Positions 1 to 9,860 of a stretch of 64,000 nt of DNA are shown here, piece by piece. Position 1 is the first letter of the stretch. Each line of letters opens with the position of its first letter. The notes beneath the pieces were generated by a model. That model did not search any database and was not told the origin of the DNA. It saw only the letters and a program-made list of their open reading frames with translations. Origin of the DNA: Minisyncoccota bacterium (lineage in GTDB: Bacteria > Patescibacteriota > Minisyncoccia > Phycocordibacterales > UBA9973); assembly GCA_041648595.1 (NCBI GenBank), contig JBAZOQ010000003.1:1042-65041 (forward strand), read 5' to 3'. A program made the translations under genes and the position numbers.

Positions 1-1
1 G

Positions 2-226
2 GAATATTCTTTAATTGTTGATGGATCTGCAGTTGTTGTCACTAAAGATGCACCATCTATGAAAGAAAGAGTAATACACGTCAGCAAAGGTTCTTGTATT
101 AGGACACCAAAAGGTGTCAGCCATACAATACATGCAATTACCAATCTAACAGTAGTAGCTATGCTCACCAAACCTTGGGATGATTGCAAGACTCCTATTA
201 TTAGAGAAAATATTTTGAAGAAATAA
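2..226 (+). CDS. C-terminal fragment of a cupin-like sugar epimerase/ketoisomerase (5' end outside window)
   Basis: Open frame from window edge to TAA at 224-226 (…GVSHTIHAITN…ILKK*); directly precedes sugar-modifying genes; family assignment is weak. Confidence 0.3.
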   Translation, partial: EYSLIVDGSAVVVTKDAPSMKERVIHVSKGSCIRTPKGVSHTIHAITNLTVVAMLTKPWDDCKTPIIRENILKK

Positions 227-227
227 A

Positions 228-947
228 ATGACTACAATAGGCCTTTTTGGTGCAAATGGATTTGTAGGCAAAAAATTGTATACTTCATTAATTAAAAAAG
301 GATACACTGTCTTTCCTATTACTCGTGACAATTATTCTGAAAATATAGGAAAGTTTTACGATATTGTAATAAATGGAGCTATGCCCTCTCAAAGATTTTC
401 AGCAGAAACTAACCCTGAAAAAGATTTTAAAGAAACCGTTCAAAAAACTGCAGATATATTCTATAACTGTACTTTTAATAAATTTATTCAAATTAGTACC
501 ATTTCAGCTAGATGCCAATTAAATACTATATATGGAAGACATAAACTTACAGCAGAAAATATATGCAACTGTAATAATAATCTAATAATACGCCTCACTT
601 CTATGTTTGGTAATGATTTAGAAAAAGGAGCATTAATAGATATATTAAAAGGTCAAAAAGTTTTTGTCGACAAAGAAAGCAAATATAGTTTTGCTGATAT
701 TAATTTTGTAGCTGATTATATAGCGTCCAATCTAGACAAAAGTGGTATATTGGAAGTTGGTGCACACAATTCTGTAAAATTAATAGATATTGCAAATTAT
801 CTTGAAACTTCTGTAGAATTTAATGGCCCTTTAGATATACAAGAAGTAGAGAATATAGATCCAGATTTGCCTGATGCTAAAGAAGTTTTCAAATTTATTG
901 ATAATTACAAAATAAATTTTAAAAATGCAAAAAACAAAAATAACTAA
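228..947 (+). CDS. NAD(P)-dependent sugar epimerase/4-ketoreductase (extended SDR, RmlD-like)
   Basis: N-terminal Rossmann GxxGxxG (GANGFVGKKL), YxxxK catalytic pair (YGRHK); 239 aa. Confidence 0.55.
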   Translation: MTTIGLFGANGFVGKKLYTSLIKKGYTVFPITRDNYSENIGKFYDIVINGAMPSQRFSAETNPEKDFKETVQKTADIFYNCTFNKFIQISTISARCQLNTIYGRHKLTAENICNCNNNLIIRLTSMFGNDLEKGALIDILKGQKVFVDKESKYSFADINFVADYIASNLDKSGILEVGAHNSVKLIDIANYLETSVEFNGPLDIQEVENIDPDLPDAKEVFKFIDNYKINFKNAKNKNN

Positions 948-2175
948 ATGTAGATTTTGTGGAAATCCTTTTCTTGTTCCATGTATTAACCTTGGTAGTC
1001 AATATTTATCTTCAATCTTCCCTAAAAATATTTCCTATCGTAAAAATATTAAAAAACAACCACTAAATTTAGTTTTGTGTAAAAAAAATAAAAATAGTTG
1101 TGGTGTTTTACAACTAAGCCATTCTTTTAATATGTCAAAAATGTATGAAGAGTATCCATTTACTAGCTCTACGAACTCTTCTATGCCCAAAATTTTAAAA
1201 GACGTGCTCGATAGTGCTCTCTCTTATGTTGATTTAAAAGAAAAAGATTTGATTTTAGATATCGGTGGAAATGATGGAACCTTATTGTCATATTTAAAAA
1301 ACACAAAATGTGATTTACTTTGTATTGACCCTGCGCAAAACATAAAACCAATTTTTACTTCAAAAAAATTTAAAATAATTACAGATTATTTTAACGAAAA
1401 AGTTTATAAATCCGCAACAAAGAAAAAAGCAAAAATAATTTTCAGTATTGCTATGTTTTATCATTTATACGATCCAATCAAATTTTCAAAAGAAATAGAA
1501 GCTTGTTTGTCCGATGATGGTATCTGGGTAATTCAAATGGCCTATCTTCCAACTATGATTAAAACAAATATGTATGACAATGTTGTACACGAGCATGTAG
1601 GATATTACGCAATAGATAATATGCACTGGATTATGGAAAAAGTTGGTCTAGAAATTTTTGATGTAACGTTAAATGACACTTATGGTGGAAGTTTTAGATT
1701 GTTTATAAAAAAGAAAGGATGTCTAAAATATCCCAAATCTAAACGTTATAATAAAGAATTGAAAAACGAAAAAAAACTCCAAATTTATAATCCAGTAACC
1801 TATAAAAAATTCATGAAACGAGTAGAAAAAACGCGTATAGACTTACTTTCTTTGTGTAAAAAAATTAAATCAGAGGGTAAAAGCATTTGGATTTATGGTG
1901 CCTCTACTAAAGGTAATACTATTCTTCAGTATTGTGGAATAACAAAAGAATTGATAGAAGCCGCAGCTGATGCTAATCCCTTTAAGTTTGAAAAATATAT
2001 TATAGGGTCTAATATACTAATCAAAAAAGAAACAGAAATGCGTTTAACAAAACCAGATTATTTGCTCGCATTACCTTATAGTTTTATAAATGCATTTATT
2101 AAACGTGAAGCTAAACTAGTTAAAGATGGTACTAAATTTATTATTCCTCTACCAAAAGTAAAAATTATTAAATAA
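925..2175 (+). CDS. SAM-dependent sugar C-methyltransferase-like protein (N-terminal Zn-binding domain + methyltransferase)
   Basis: N-terminal CRFCGNPF…LGSQYLSS (Cys cluster typical of TylCIII-type C-methyltransferases), SAM motif I LDIGGNDG; overlaps upstream gene by 23 nt (operon). Confidence 0.55.
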   Translation: MQKTKITKCRFCGNPFLVPCINLGSQYLSSIFPKNISYRKNIKKQPLNLVLCKKNKNSCGVLQLSHSFNMSKMYEEYPFTSSTNSSMPKILKDVLDSALSYVDLKEKDLILDIGGNDGTLLSYLKNTKCDLLCIDPAQNIKPIFTSKKFKIITDYFNEKVYKSATKKKAKIIFSIAMFYHLYDPIKFSKEIEACLSDDGIWVIQMAYLPTMIKTNMYDNVVHEHVGYYAIDNMHWIMEKVGLEIFDVTLNDTYGGSFRLFIKKKGCLKYPKSKRYNKELKNEKKLQIYNPVTYKKFMKRVEKTRIDLLSLCKKIKSEGKSIWIYGASTKGNTILQYCGITKELIEAAADANPFKFEKYIIGSNILIKKETEMRLTKPDYLLALPYSFINAFIKREAKLVKDGTKFIIPLPKVKIIK

Positions 2176-2177
2176 AA

Positions 2178-3731
2178 ATGAAAAGCAAAATTTTTAAAAT
2201 CTCAATAATAATATTATTTATATCTTTTTTTATTTTATTGAACTGGAATTCTTTTTCTGCTCCATTTGAACGCGATGAAGGTGAATATGCCTACTCAGCT
2301 TGGTTACTTCGTACTGGAGGCACACCATATCAAGATTCTTTCTTACAAAAACCACCTTTAATTATTTATACTTATCTCATAGGACAAATGATGAACCCAT
2401 TAGCAGTTTGGCCTCCAAGAATGTTAGCCTCTATTTTTATATTTATAACAGCAATTTTAATTTATCTAATCGCGAAAAAAGAATGGGGAGAAATAGCTGG
2501 TGTATTTTCAGCTTTTTTGTTTTTACCAATGGTTGGATTCCCTGTTTTGGCTCCATTTGCTGCTAATACTGAAAAATTTATGATTTTACCAATGATCGGA
2601 GTATTAGCTCTTTTTGTTTATTTTAAAAATAGTTTAAAATCGTGGCCATATATTTTAACAGGAATACTTTCTTCAATAGCAATTTTTTATAAACCAATAT
2701 CTTTACCAGTAATTATTTTTATAAATATTTTTTGGTTATTTAAACTTTATAAATCTTACGAAAATCCTAAAATATCCTTATTGGTCAAGCCTTTTTTACT
2801 ACTTGGAGGTTCAACGATATTAACAAGTATAATAATACTGCTTCCATTTTTTAAAGTCTTGCATAGTTTTTTTCAAGAAGTTTTTACTTTTAATCTTTTC
2901 TATGCCAGTACTTTTGATAATCCATTGGGTAATTTTATAAATTATTTAAGTAAATTTTTTCACTATTGGTGGGTTTTGTTATTTCTTTTATTTGGTTTAC
3001 TTTTTGAAAAACCTAAAAATATTTTATATTATTTTCTATTACTAACAATTTCTTTATTAACTGTATTCTCATCTCCTATTGGACTTGGACATTATTATTT
3101 AATGATAATGCCATTCCTGGCTTTACTTTGTGGGACTTTATTTAACTCTATTTTAGAATCATTATCTTTAAATAATAAACAAAAGAAAATAAGCATAATT
3201 ATTATTTTACCTATAATCCTTTTTATAATACTATTTCCTTTTAAAGAACAATTCTCGCTAAATCCACAAAAACTCTCTGAATGGGTTTATGGAACTGCTA
3301 ACCCTTTTGGTGAATCACAAGAAGTAGCTAACCATTTAGCTCTAATTACCAATAAAAATGATTATGTTTTTGTAGCTGGATCAGAGCCACAAATTTATTA
3401 TTATGCTCAACGAAAAAGTCCAACTCGTTTTGTAATTACCTATCCCCTCAATCTCCCAACTCCCTTCAGGGAACAATTTCAAAGTGAATTAGTTAATGAT
3501 CTTCAAAAAACTCCACCACAAGCAATAATTATTTCTCAAAGATTATATAGTGGTCTTTGGAATGAAGGAAGTCCTCAAATTTTTATAAACTATTTTAATA
3601 ATTTTACTTCACAAAATTATAAAATTGTGGGAGGATATGTTTGGGATAGTTCGGATAATGGTCATTGGCAAGAAATACTAAATGATAAATCAAAACAAAA
3701 TGCTAGTTTGTTATTATTAATAAAAAAATAA
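2178..3731 (+). CDS. GT-C fold membrane glycosyltransferase (PMT/ArnT-like, GT39/GT83-like)
   Basis: ~12 predicted TM helices, acidic first-loop motif (FERDEGEY), large C-terminal soluble domain; starts 3 nt after previous stop. Confidence 0.5.
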   Translation: MKSKIFKISIIILFISFFILLNWNSFSAPFERDEGEYAYSAWLLRTGGTPYQDSFLQKPPLIIYTYLIGQMMNPLAVWPPRMLASIFIFITAILIYLIAKKEWGEIAGVFSAFLFLPMVGFPVLAPFAANTEKFMILPMIGVLALFVYFKNSLKSWPYILTGILSSIAIFYKPISLPVIIFINIFWLFKLYKSYENPKISLLVKPFLLLGGSTILTSIIILLPFFKVLHSFFQEVFTFNLFYASTFDNPLGNFINYLSKFFHYWWVLLFLLFGLLFEKPKNILYYFLLLTISLLTVFSSPIGLGHYYLMIMPFLALLCGTLFNSILESLSLNNKQKKISIIIILPIILFIILFPFKEQFSLNPQKLSEWVYGTANPFGESQEVANHLALITNKNDYVFVAGSEPQIYYYAQRKSPTRFVITYPLNLPTPFREQFQSELVNDLQKTPPQAIIISQRLYSGLWNEGSPQIFINYFNNFTSQNYKIVGGYVWDSSDNGHWQEILNDKSKQNASLLLLIKK

Positions 3732-5408
3732 ATGGAAGAACAAATAGAAGAACATACACCTTATTTAGATAAATATAAACCTTTCTTTTGGATACTTGGA
3801 ATTGGCTTTTTATTATATCTTCCTACTTTATTTTTTAACTTTACATACTTAGATGACAACAACTTAATATTAGAAAATCAATATTTTCTATCAAATATAT
3901 CAAATATATTTCAATCTTTTTCAATTGATGTATTCCACATTTTCAATTCTTCAGCCTTTTATTATAGGCCTCTTTTAACTATTTCATTTATTTTTGATTA
4001 TCAAATAGGAGGAACAAATCCTTTTATGTATCATTTTAGTAATATACTTTTACATATTATCTCTTCTTATTTAATTTTTATATTTTTAACTAAATTAAAT
4101 TACAAAAAAACTTTATCATTTCTATTTTCAATTATTTTTCTAGTACACCCTGTTCTAACTCAAGCTGTTTCTTGGATCCCAGGGAGGAATGATTCTATGC
4201 TAGCAGTTTTTGCTCTTGCTACATTTATATTTTTTATAAAATACATAAAGGAAGAAAAAATAAGTAATCTTATTTGGAGTTTATTATTTTTTGGATTATC
4301 TATTTTTACAAAAGAATCAGGCATAGTAATATTTCCTATAATTCTTTTCTATTTATTATTTATTTTTAAAGAAAAGAAACTTTCATTAAATAAATTTTAT
4401 TTTTTCTTTGGATCAACCATTCTTCTCGGCATTTGGGCTATGTCTAGACATTTTGTACTTAAAGATTCACCTTCTCTTGGTATTGTAGAAATGTTTAAAT
4501 CTATATATTTTAATTTTCCTGCTGTCATACAATTTGCAGGAAAGATATTTTTACCATTTAATTTAAGTGTTCTACCAATTATAGAAGATACTACATTTTT
4601 ATATGGAATAATTTCCATAATTTTATTGACTATAATACTTTTTATTACAAAAACAAAACGTTGGGTTTATATTTTATTTGGAGTTATTTGGTTCTTTGCA
4701 TTTTTATTACCTTCTTTTATACGTCCAAATTCTACATTAGTGGCTGATTTTATAGAACACAGACTTTACGTACCAATAATTGGTATTTTTATATTATTAC
4801 TTGAAACTAATTTCATAAAAAATATTGATTTTAAGAAAAAAACTCATTTAATAATTATAAGCTCTGTACTTATTTTATTTAGTACAATAACGATCACATA
4901 TAGTTTTAATTTTAGTAATAGGTTAGCATTCTGGAATAATGCTGCAAAAAATTCCCCTCACTACCCTCTTGCTCATAGAAATCTAGGTGCTATGGAATAT
5001 TTGGACGGCAACATGGATAATGCAGAAAAAGAATTTAAAATTGCTTTGGAGCTAAACTCGCAAGAAGAAATGGCACACAATAATTTAGGCCTCATATATG
5101 CCAGTCAAAATAAATCAATAGAAGCTGAAGAAGAATATAAAAAAGAATTAGAAAATAATCCATATTATGATAACGCATATTTTAATTTAGGATTATTATA
5201 TTGGCAACAAAAAAAATACGATGAAGCAAAAATCAATTGGGAAAAAACTCTAGAAATTAACCCAAACTATACAGATGCTTTTAATGCACTAATGTTGTAT
5301 CACTATGAACAGAAAAATTATAAAGAAATGACTCTTTATGCAAATGAACTTTATAAAAGAGGAGTACAAATCCCAGCTGAAATAATAGAAATTATAAAAA
5401 CTCAGTAA
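3732..5408 (+). CDS. Multi-pass membrane protein with C-terminal TPR repeats (TMTC/PMT-like putative glycosyltransferase)
   Basis: N-terminal TM bundle with YLDDNN loop, C-terminal TPR-like repeats (NLG…Y…A…); start abuts previous stop. Confidence 0.5.
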   Translation: MEEQIEEHTPYLDKYKPFFWILGIGFLLYLPTLFFNFTYLDDNNLILENQYFLSNISNIFQSFSIDVFHIFNSSAFYYRPLLTISFIFDYQIGGTNPFMYHFSNILLHIISSYLIFIFLTKLNYKKTLSFLFSIIFLVHPVLTQAVSWIPGRNDSMLAVFALATFIFFIKYIKEEKISNLIWSLLFFGLSIFTKESGIVIFPIILFYLLFIFKEKKLSLNKFYFFFGSTILLGIWAMSRHFVLKDSPSLGIVEMFKSIYFNFPAVIQFAGKIFLPFNLSVLPIIEDTTFLYGIISIILLTIILFITKTKRWVYILFGVIWFFAFLLPSFIRPNSTLVADFIEHRLYVPIIGIFILLLETNFIKNIDFKKKTHLIIISSVLILFSTITITYSFNFSNRLAFWNNAAKNSPHYPLAHRNLGAMEYLDGNMDNAEKEFKIALELNSQEEMAHNNLGLIYASQNKSIEAEEEYKKELENNPYYDNAYFNLGLLYWQQKKYDEAKINWEKTLEINPNYTDAFNALMLYHYEQKNYKEMTLYANELYKRGVQIPAEIIEIIKTQ

Positions 5409-5420
5409 AAAATAAAAATT

Positions 5421-5497
5421 AGTGCTTTCTGCAACATACGCTACTTAAAGCTAGTATATTGTTTCCAGGTTGATATGCGAGTTGCAAGAAAGCAACT
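5421..5497. repeat. Repeat family F1 copy 1: conserved core CATACGCTACTTAAAG…GTTGATATGCGAG enclosed by 14-bp inverted repeats; A-run before, T-run after (bidirectional terminator-like)
   Basis: Direct sequence comparison with copies at 9861-9955 and 56612-56678; lies between convergent genes. Confidence 0.6.
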
Positions 5498-5502
5498 AAT
5501 TT

Positions 5503-7191
5503 TTATTTTTTCTTATTAATACAAGCTTTTATAAAAGCTGTAAAAAGAGGATGTGGTGCTAAAGGACGAGCTAAAAACTCTGGATGAAATTGTGTACCAA
5601 GAAAAAATGGATGTTTACTTTTTGGAAGCTCTGCTATCTCCATCAAATGCCCATCTGGAGACCTACCTGAGAACACAAGCCCTTTTGCTTCAAGTAAAGC
5701 TATAAATGCTGTATTCACCTCATAACGATGACGATGCCTTTCTGTTATAAGAGTCGGCCCTTTTTGAAAATTTAAGAACCGACCTAAAGGAGAGGAAACA
5801 TAGGCATTTTTGGCTATGGTATTGTCACGCAAAACTGCTTTATATTCTCCTAAACGCATAGACCCACCATATAAATTATTTTTTAATACTTCTTTTTGTG
5901 ATTCCATCACATCTATTACCATATTTTTAGAATTTGGATTTACTTCTCTTGTATTAGCATCTTTCAATCCTAAAATATTTCGTGCATATTCTATCACCAT
6001 CATCTGCATACCATAACAAAGACCAAAATAAGGAATCTTGTTTTCACGAGCATATTTTATAACATTCAAATTTCCTTCCACACCACGAGAACCAAAACCT
6101 CCAGGAATAATAATACCATCATATTTTTTTAGTTCTTTTAATTTACCTGAATTTTTTTCAAAATCAACAGAACTAAGCCATGTCATAACTGGTTTTCTAT
6201 TTTGTCCAAAACTTGAATATTTTATTGCTTCAATTACAGATAAGTAAGAATCAGATAAAATATAATCCCCCGTTTCAAAATATTTCCCTATCATCGCTAT
6301 TTTTATTTTATCTTTACCATTGTGCGCATGCTTAGCAAAATTTTTCCATTTTCCCCAAGCTTTTTGATCTGGTTTTTTAGAAACAATATTTAAAATATCA
6401 CAAATCTTATCTGAAAGTTTTTCTTTTTCAAAATTTAATGGAATATCATAGATACTATCAACATCTGGAGCAGATATAACTTTATTGACTGGCATATTAC
6501 AAAAAAGTGAAATTTTTTCTTTTCTTTTATTGTCAAGAGGTGCGCTAGCTCTAGCTATCAATATATCAGGTTGAATACCTGAAGCATTGAGCGTCCTCAC
6601 TGCATGTTGAGTTGGCTTAGTTTTCATTTCACCAATTTTTTGTGGAGTCGGTAAATAAGACACCATAACAAAAACGACATCTTTAGGTGAAGAAAGTTTC
6701 ATCATTCTAGCTGCTTCTAGAAAAAGCATATTTTGATATTCTCCAACAGTACCTCCTATTTCAATAACCACAACATCAGCTAAAGCATTCTTTCCTGCCT
6801 CTTTGATACGTCCTATAACTTCAAGAGGAATATGCGGAACGACTTCAACACATTTACCTTTATATTCTAAATTTCTTTCTTTTTCTATAACTGTTTTATA
6901 AACTCGGCCTGTCGTCATATAATTTATTCGAGTCAAATCTATATCCAAAAATCTTTCATAATTTCCCATATCTTGATCTGTTTCATCGCCATCTTTAAGT
7001 ACAAAAACTTCCCCATGTTCTGTGGGGTTCATTGTACCAGCATCAATATTTATATATGGATCAATTTTAATAGAAGTAACTTTCAATCCACGATTTTTTA
7101 AAATAAGCCCTAGAGATGATGAAGTAATGCCTTTTCCGACTCCAGAAATAACTCCCCCTATAACAAAAATATATTTAGTCTGTTTTACCAT
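5503..7191 (-). CDS. pyrG: CTP synthase
   Basis: N-terminal IFVTGGVISGVGKGI-type motif (IFVIGGVISGVGKGITSSS), C-terminal glutamine amidotransferase domain; 562 aa. Confidence 0.93.
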   Translation of the reverse strand: MVKQTKYIFVIGGVISGVGKGITSSSLGLILKNRGLKVTSIKIDPYINIDAGTMNPTEHGEVFVLKDGDETDQDMGNYERFLDIDLTRINYMTTGRVYKTVIEKERNLEYKGKCVEVVPHIPLEVIGRIKEAGKNALADVVVIEIGGTVGEYQNMLFLEAARMMKLSSPKDVVFVMVSYLPTPQKIGEMKTKPTQHAVRTLNASGIQPDILIARASAPLDNKRKEKISLFCNMPVNKVISAPDVDSIYDIPLNFEKEKLSDKICDILNIVSKKPDQKAWGKWKNFAKHAHNGKDKIKIAMIGKYFETGDYILSDSYLSVIEAIKYSSFGQNRKPVMTWLSSVDFEKNSGKLKELKKYDGIIIPGGFGSRGVEGNLNVIKYARENKIPYFGLCYGMQMMVIEYARNILGLKDANTREVNPNSKNMVIDVMESQKEVLKNNLYGGSMRLGEYKAVLRDNTIAKNAYVSSPLGRFLNFQKGPTLITERHRHRYEVNTAFIALLEAKGLVFSGRSPDGHLMEIAELPKSKHPFFLGTQFHPEFLARPLAPHPLFTAFIKACINKKK

Positions 7192-7202
7192 ATTAATTAT
7201 TT

Positions 7203-7272
7203 ATCCGCCTAAATTTTTTAATTTTTTCTAATTTATTGTTTATCTTTATTTTTGTGAAAAATTTTGGTGGAT
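7203..7272. repeat. Repeat family F2 copy 1: ATCCGCCTAAATTTT…(~40 nt)…AAATTTTGGTGGATT imperfect inverted-repeat hairpin
   Basis: Same ends found at 20765-20871 and 63224-63306; variable centre. Confidence 0.6.
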
Positions 7273-8195
7273 TACTTGTTTAAATATTTTCTAGTCGCAA
7301 TAAAACTAGAAATCATTGAAAGAATAACACCTGATAATAAAATAATCATGGAAATCTGAAATAAATTTGAAACATAATAATCATACATATTAAGTCCTAA
7401 AAAGTTAGTCATCTTATTTCCAAGATAAACAGTAACTGGCCAAAAAATTATCAATGTTAAAATAGTCGCAATAATGCCATAAATCGCACCTTCTACCATA
7501 AAAGGTCCACTGACACGTGACTTGCTTGCCCCCACTAAACGCATTACACCTATCTCTTCTTTTGAAATAAAAATAGCTAACCGAATTGTATTAAATGTAA
7601 TAATTATAGAAATAATTATTAAAATTAATGTAATTAAAAAACCTAATCTTTGTGCACCAGATATTATATTATTTAAACGATCTATAACTATCTTATTCTG
7701 ATTATAATTTACTTTATCTATAATAGAAGTAGACCCTAGTACTAATGCACTGTCTCCTTTTAAAAAATTCGCAATACTTTCATATTGAGAAACCTCTCGT
7801 GCTTTCACATTCAAATATCCCCCAAGTGGATTAGAATTTATCTCATCTAATGCAGCAATCGTAGGATAATCATTCTCATGACGTGAACGGAAAAGTTTCA
7901 AAGCTTCTTCTGCACTAACATAAGAAACTTTTTCTACTTCTGGTAAATCCTCCAGAGATTCTTTCAAAGAATTTATTTTAATTTCTGGTGCATCTACAAC
8001 AAAATAAATCGTTACATCAACTTTATCTTTTATTTGGTTAAGTGAAGAATGGAGTACTGCATTCAATAATATAATCGTAGTAATAACGGAGAGAGTAATG
8101 GTGACGACTAATACAGCAGCCCAAGAAATAATTCCACTTCTAGCAAAATTTACAAACCCAGCTTTTATAATTCTTTTTAAGTCAATCATTACCAT
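7272..8195 (-). CDS. ftsX: Cell division ABC transporter permease FtsX
   Basis: 307 aa, N-terminal TM, periplasmic domain, three C-terminal TMs; directly downstream of ftsE. Confidence 0.8.
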   Translation of the reverse strand: MVMIDLKRIIKAGFVNFARSGIISWAAVLVVTITLSVITTIILLNAVLHSSLNQIKDKVDVTIYFVVDAPEIKINSLKESLEDLPEVEKVSYVSAEEALKLFRSRHENDYPTIAALDEINSNPLGGYLNVKAREVSQYESIANFLKGDSALVLGSTSIIDKVNYNQNKIVIDRLNNIISGAQRLGFLITLILIIISIIITFNTIRLAIFISKEEIGVMRLVGASKSRVSGPFMVEGAIYGIIATILTLIIFWPVTVYLGNKMTNFLGLNMYDYYVSNLFQISMIILLSGVILSMISSFIATRKYLNK

Positions 8196-8230
8196 ATATT
8201 TATATTATATCACAACTTAAATCCACCTTT

Positions 8231-8923
8231 TTATACAGTATATTTACCATCTTTATCATCTCTAATAATCTTACCTTTTTCCATTGTAATCACTCTTTTC
8301 CCAATAGAATCAATGACGCCACGATTGTGAGTAGTCAAAATGACAGTTGTACCAAGATCATTTATTTTTTTCAAAATCTGAACTATTTCATATGTATTAA
8401 TCGCATCTAAATTCCCAGTAGGTTCATCTGCAATAATAAGTTCAGGCTGATTTATGATAGCTCGTGCTATAGCGAGACGTTGCTGTTCTCCTCCTGACAT
8501 TTGATTAGGAAAATGAAACATCTTTGCACTTAGATCAACAAGCTCGAGTACATGAGGAACATCGCTTTCTATTTCTTCATTTGTTTTGCCGACAGCTTCC
8601 ATAGCAAAAGCAATATTTTCGTACGCAGTTTTATTATTTAATAATTTAAAATCTTGAAAAACTACACCAATGCGTCTTCTCAACTTAGTTAATTCATTAT
8701 TTTTTATTTTAAATATATTTATTGACTCAAAAAAAACTGTTCCTTTAGTTGGAACTTCATCTCCTAAAATCATTTTAACGAGAGTCGTTTTACCTGCACC
8801 AGAATGTCCAACAATAGAAACAAATTCTCCTGACGTGATAGTCAAAGTAATATCGTCTAAAACAACAGAATCCTTTACAGACTTTTTATTATAAACTTTT
8901 GAAACATTATTAAAATAAATCAT
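8231..8923 (-). CDS. ftsE: Cell division ABC transporter ATP-binding protein FtsE
   Basis: Walker A GHSGAGKTT, ABC signature LSGGEQQR, Walker B IIADEPTGNLD. Confidence 0.85.
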   Translation of the reverse strand: MIYFNNVSKVYNKKSVKDSVVLDDITLTITSGEFVSIVGHSGAGKTTLVKMILGDEVPTKGTVFFESINIFKIKNNELTKLRRRIGVVFQDFKLLNNKTAYENIAFAMEAVGKTNEEIESDVPHVLELVDLSAKMFHFPNQMSGGEQQRLAIARAIINQPELIIADEPTGNLDAINTYEIVQILKKINDLGTTVILTTHNRGVIDSIGKRVITMEKGKIIRDDKDGKYTV

Positions 8924-8938
8924 CTCTCTTCTATCTTA

Positions 8939-9832
8939 TCACAAATTCTTTTCTGCCTCAATGAATATATCTAACTCCCCATTTAAGACCGAATTAATAT
9001 CATTAGTTTCTACCCCCGTACGATGATCTTTTACCATTTTATATGGATGTAATACATAAGAACGAATCTGACTACCCCATTCTATTTCTGTTCCTTTACT
9101 TATTTTCATACTTTCTTCAACTGTCTTTTTTTCTTCTTGCGCTTTTTTAAATATCTTAGCTAAAAGTATAGACATAGCTCTTTCTTTATTCTGTTCTTGA
9201 GAACGTTCGCCTGTAGCATGAACAGAAATATTGATTGGTATATGAATGATTCTCACTGCTGTCTCTCTTTTATTAACATTTTGACCTCCAGGACCACCCG
9301 AACGACTATACTCTATTTTCAAATCATTAGGAGAAATATGAAAATCTTTTTCTTCTAATTTTGAAAATTTTGGCAATACCTCAACTAAAGAGAAAGAAGT
9401 ATGTCTCAATTTTTTTGCATTAAATGGTGAGATGCGAACTAAACGATGCACACCAGATTCATTTCGAAGCATTCCGTAAGGACCCTGGCCGGACGCCTGG
9501 CGTCCGGTTATTTCAAAAGAAACATTCCTATATCCACCATCATCATTTTTATTTTCATGAATAAAAAAAATCCCCCAATTTTTTTTATCAGCATACTTCA
9601 TATACATATTCAAAAGCATATGTGAAAAATCTTCAGCATCGTCTCCTCCTGCACCAGATATTATATTAATTATTGCATTACCTTTATCATACTTACCTAA
9701 ACCTTCTTTCTTATCTTTAAGTTCTGAAATTTTTTTTAATGTTTCTTGTGCTTTATTTTTGTCATTCCAAAAATCTATCTTCTGCGTTTCTGCTTCTAGT
9801 TCTGTTATTTCTTTTTCTAAATTATTTTCCAT
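8939..9832 (-). CDS. prfB: Peptide chain release factor 2 (short form, no programmed frameshift visible)
   Basis: GGQ motif (SGGPGGQNVNK), RF2-type SPF tripeptide (SPFNAKKLRHTSF); 297 aa continuous ORF. Confidence 0.8.
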   Translation of the reverse strand: MENNLEKEITELEAETQKIDFWNDKNKAQETLKKISELKDKKEGLGKYDKGNAIINIISGAGGDDAEDFSHMLLNMYMKYADKKNWGIFFIHENKNDDGGYRNVSFEITGRQASGQGPYGMLRNESGVHRLVRISPFNAKKLRHTSFSLVEVLPKFSKLEEKDFHISPNDLKIEYSRSGGPGGQNVNKRETAVRIIHIPINISVHATGERSQEQNKERAMSILLAKIFKKAQEEKKTVEESMKISKGTEIEWGSQIRSYVLHPYKMVKDHRTGVETNDINSVLNGELDIFIEAEKNL

Positions 9833-9860
9833 ACATTAAATTATGATATATTTTTAAAAA

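Noticed and set aside
146-331. 61-aa minus-strand ORF
   Set aside because: Overlaps the upstream gene end and the SDR gene start; no RBS; likely spurious.
9833-9860. Programmed +1 frameshift site or short upstream ORF for prfB
   Set aside because: No in-frame short ORF ending CUU-UGA upstream of the 297-aa ORF; the ORF begins with its own ATG.
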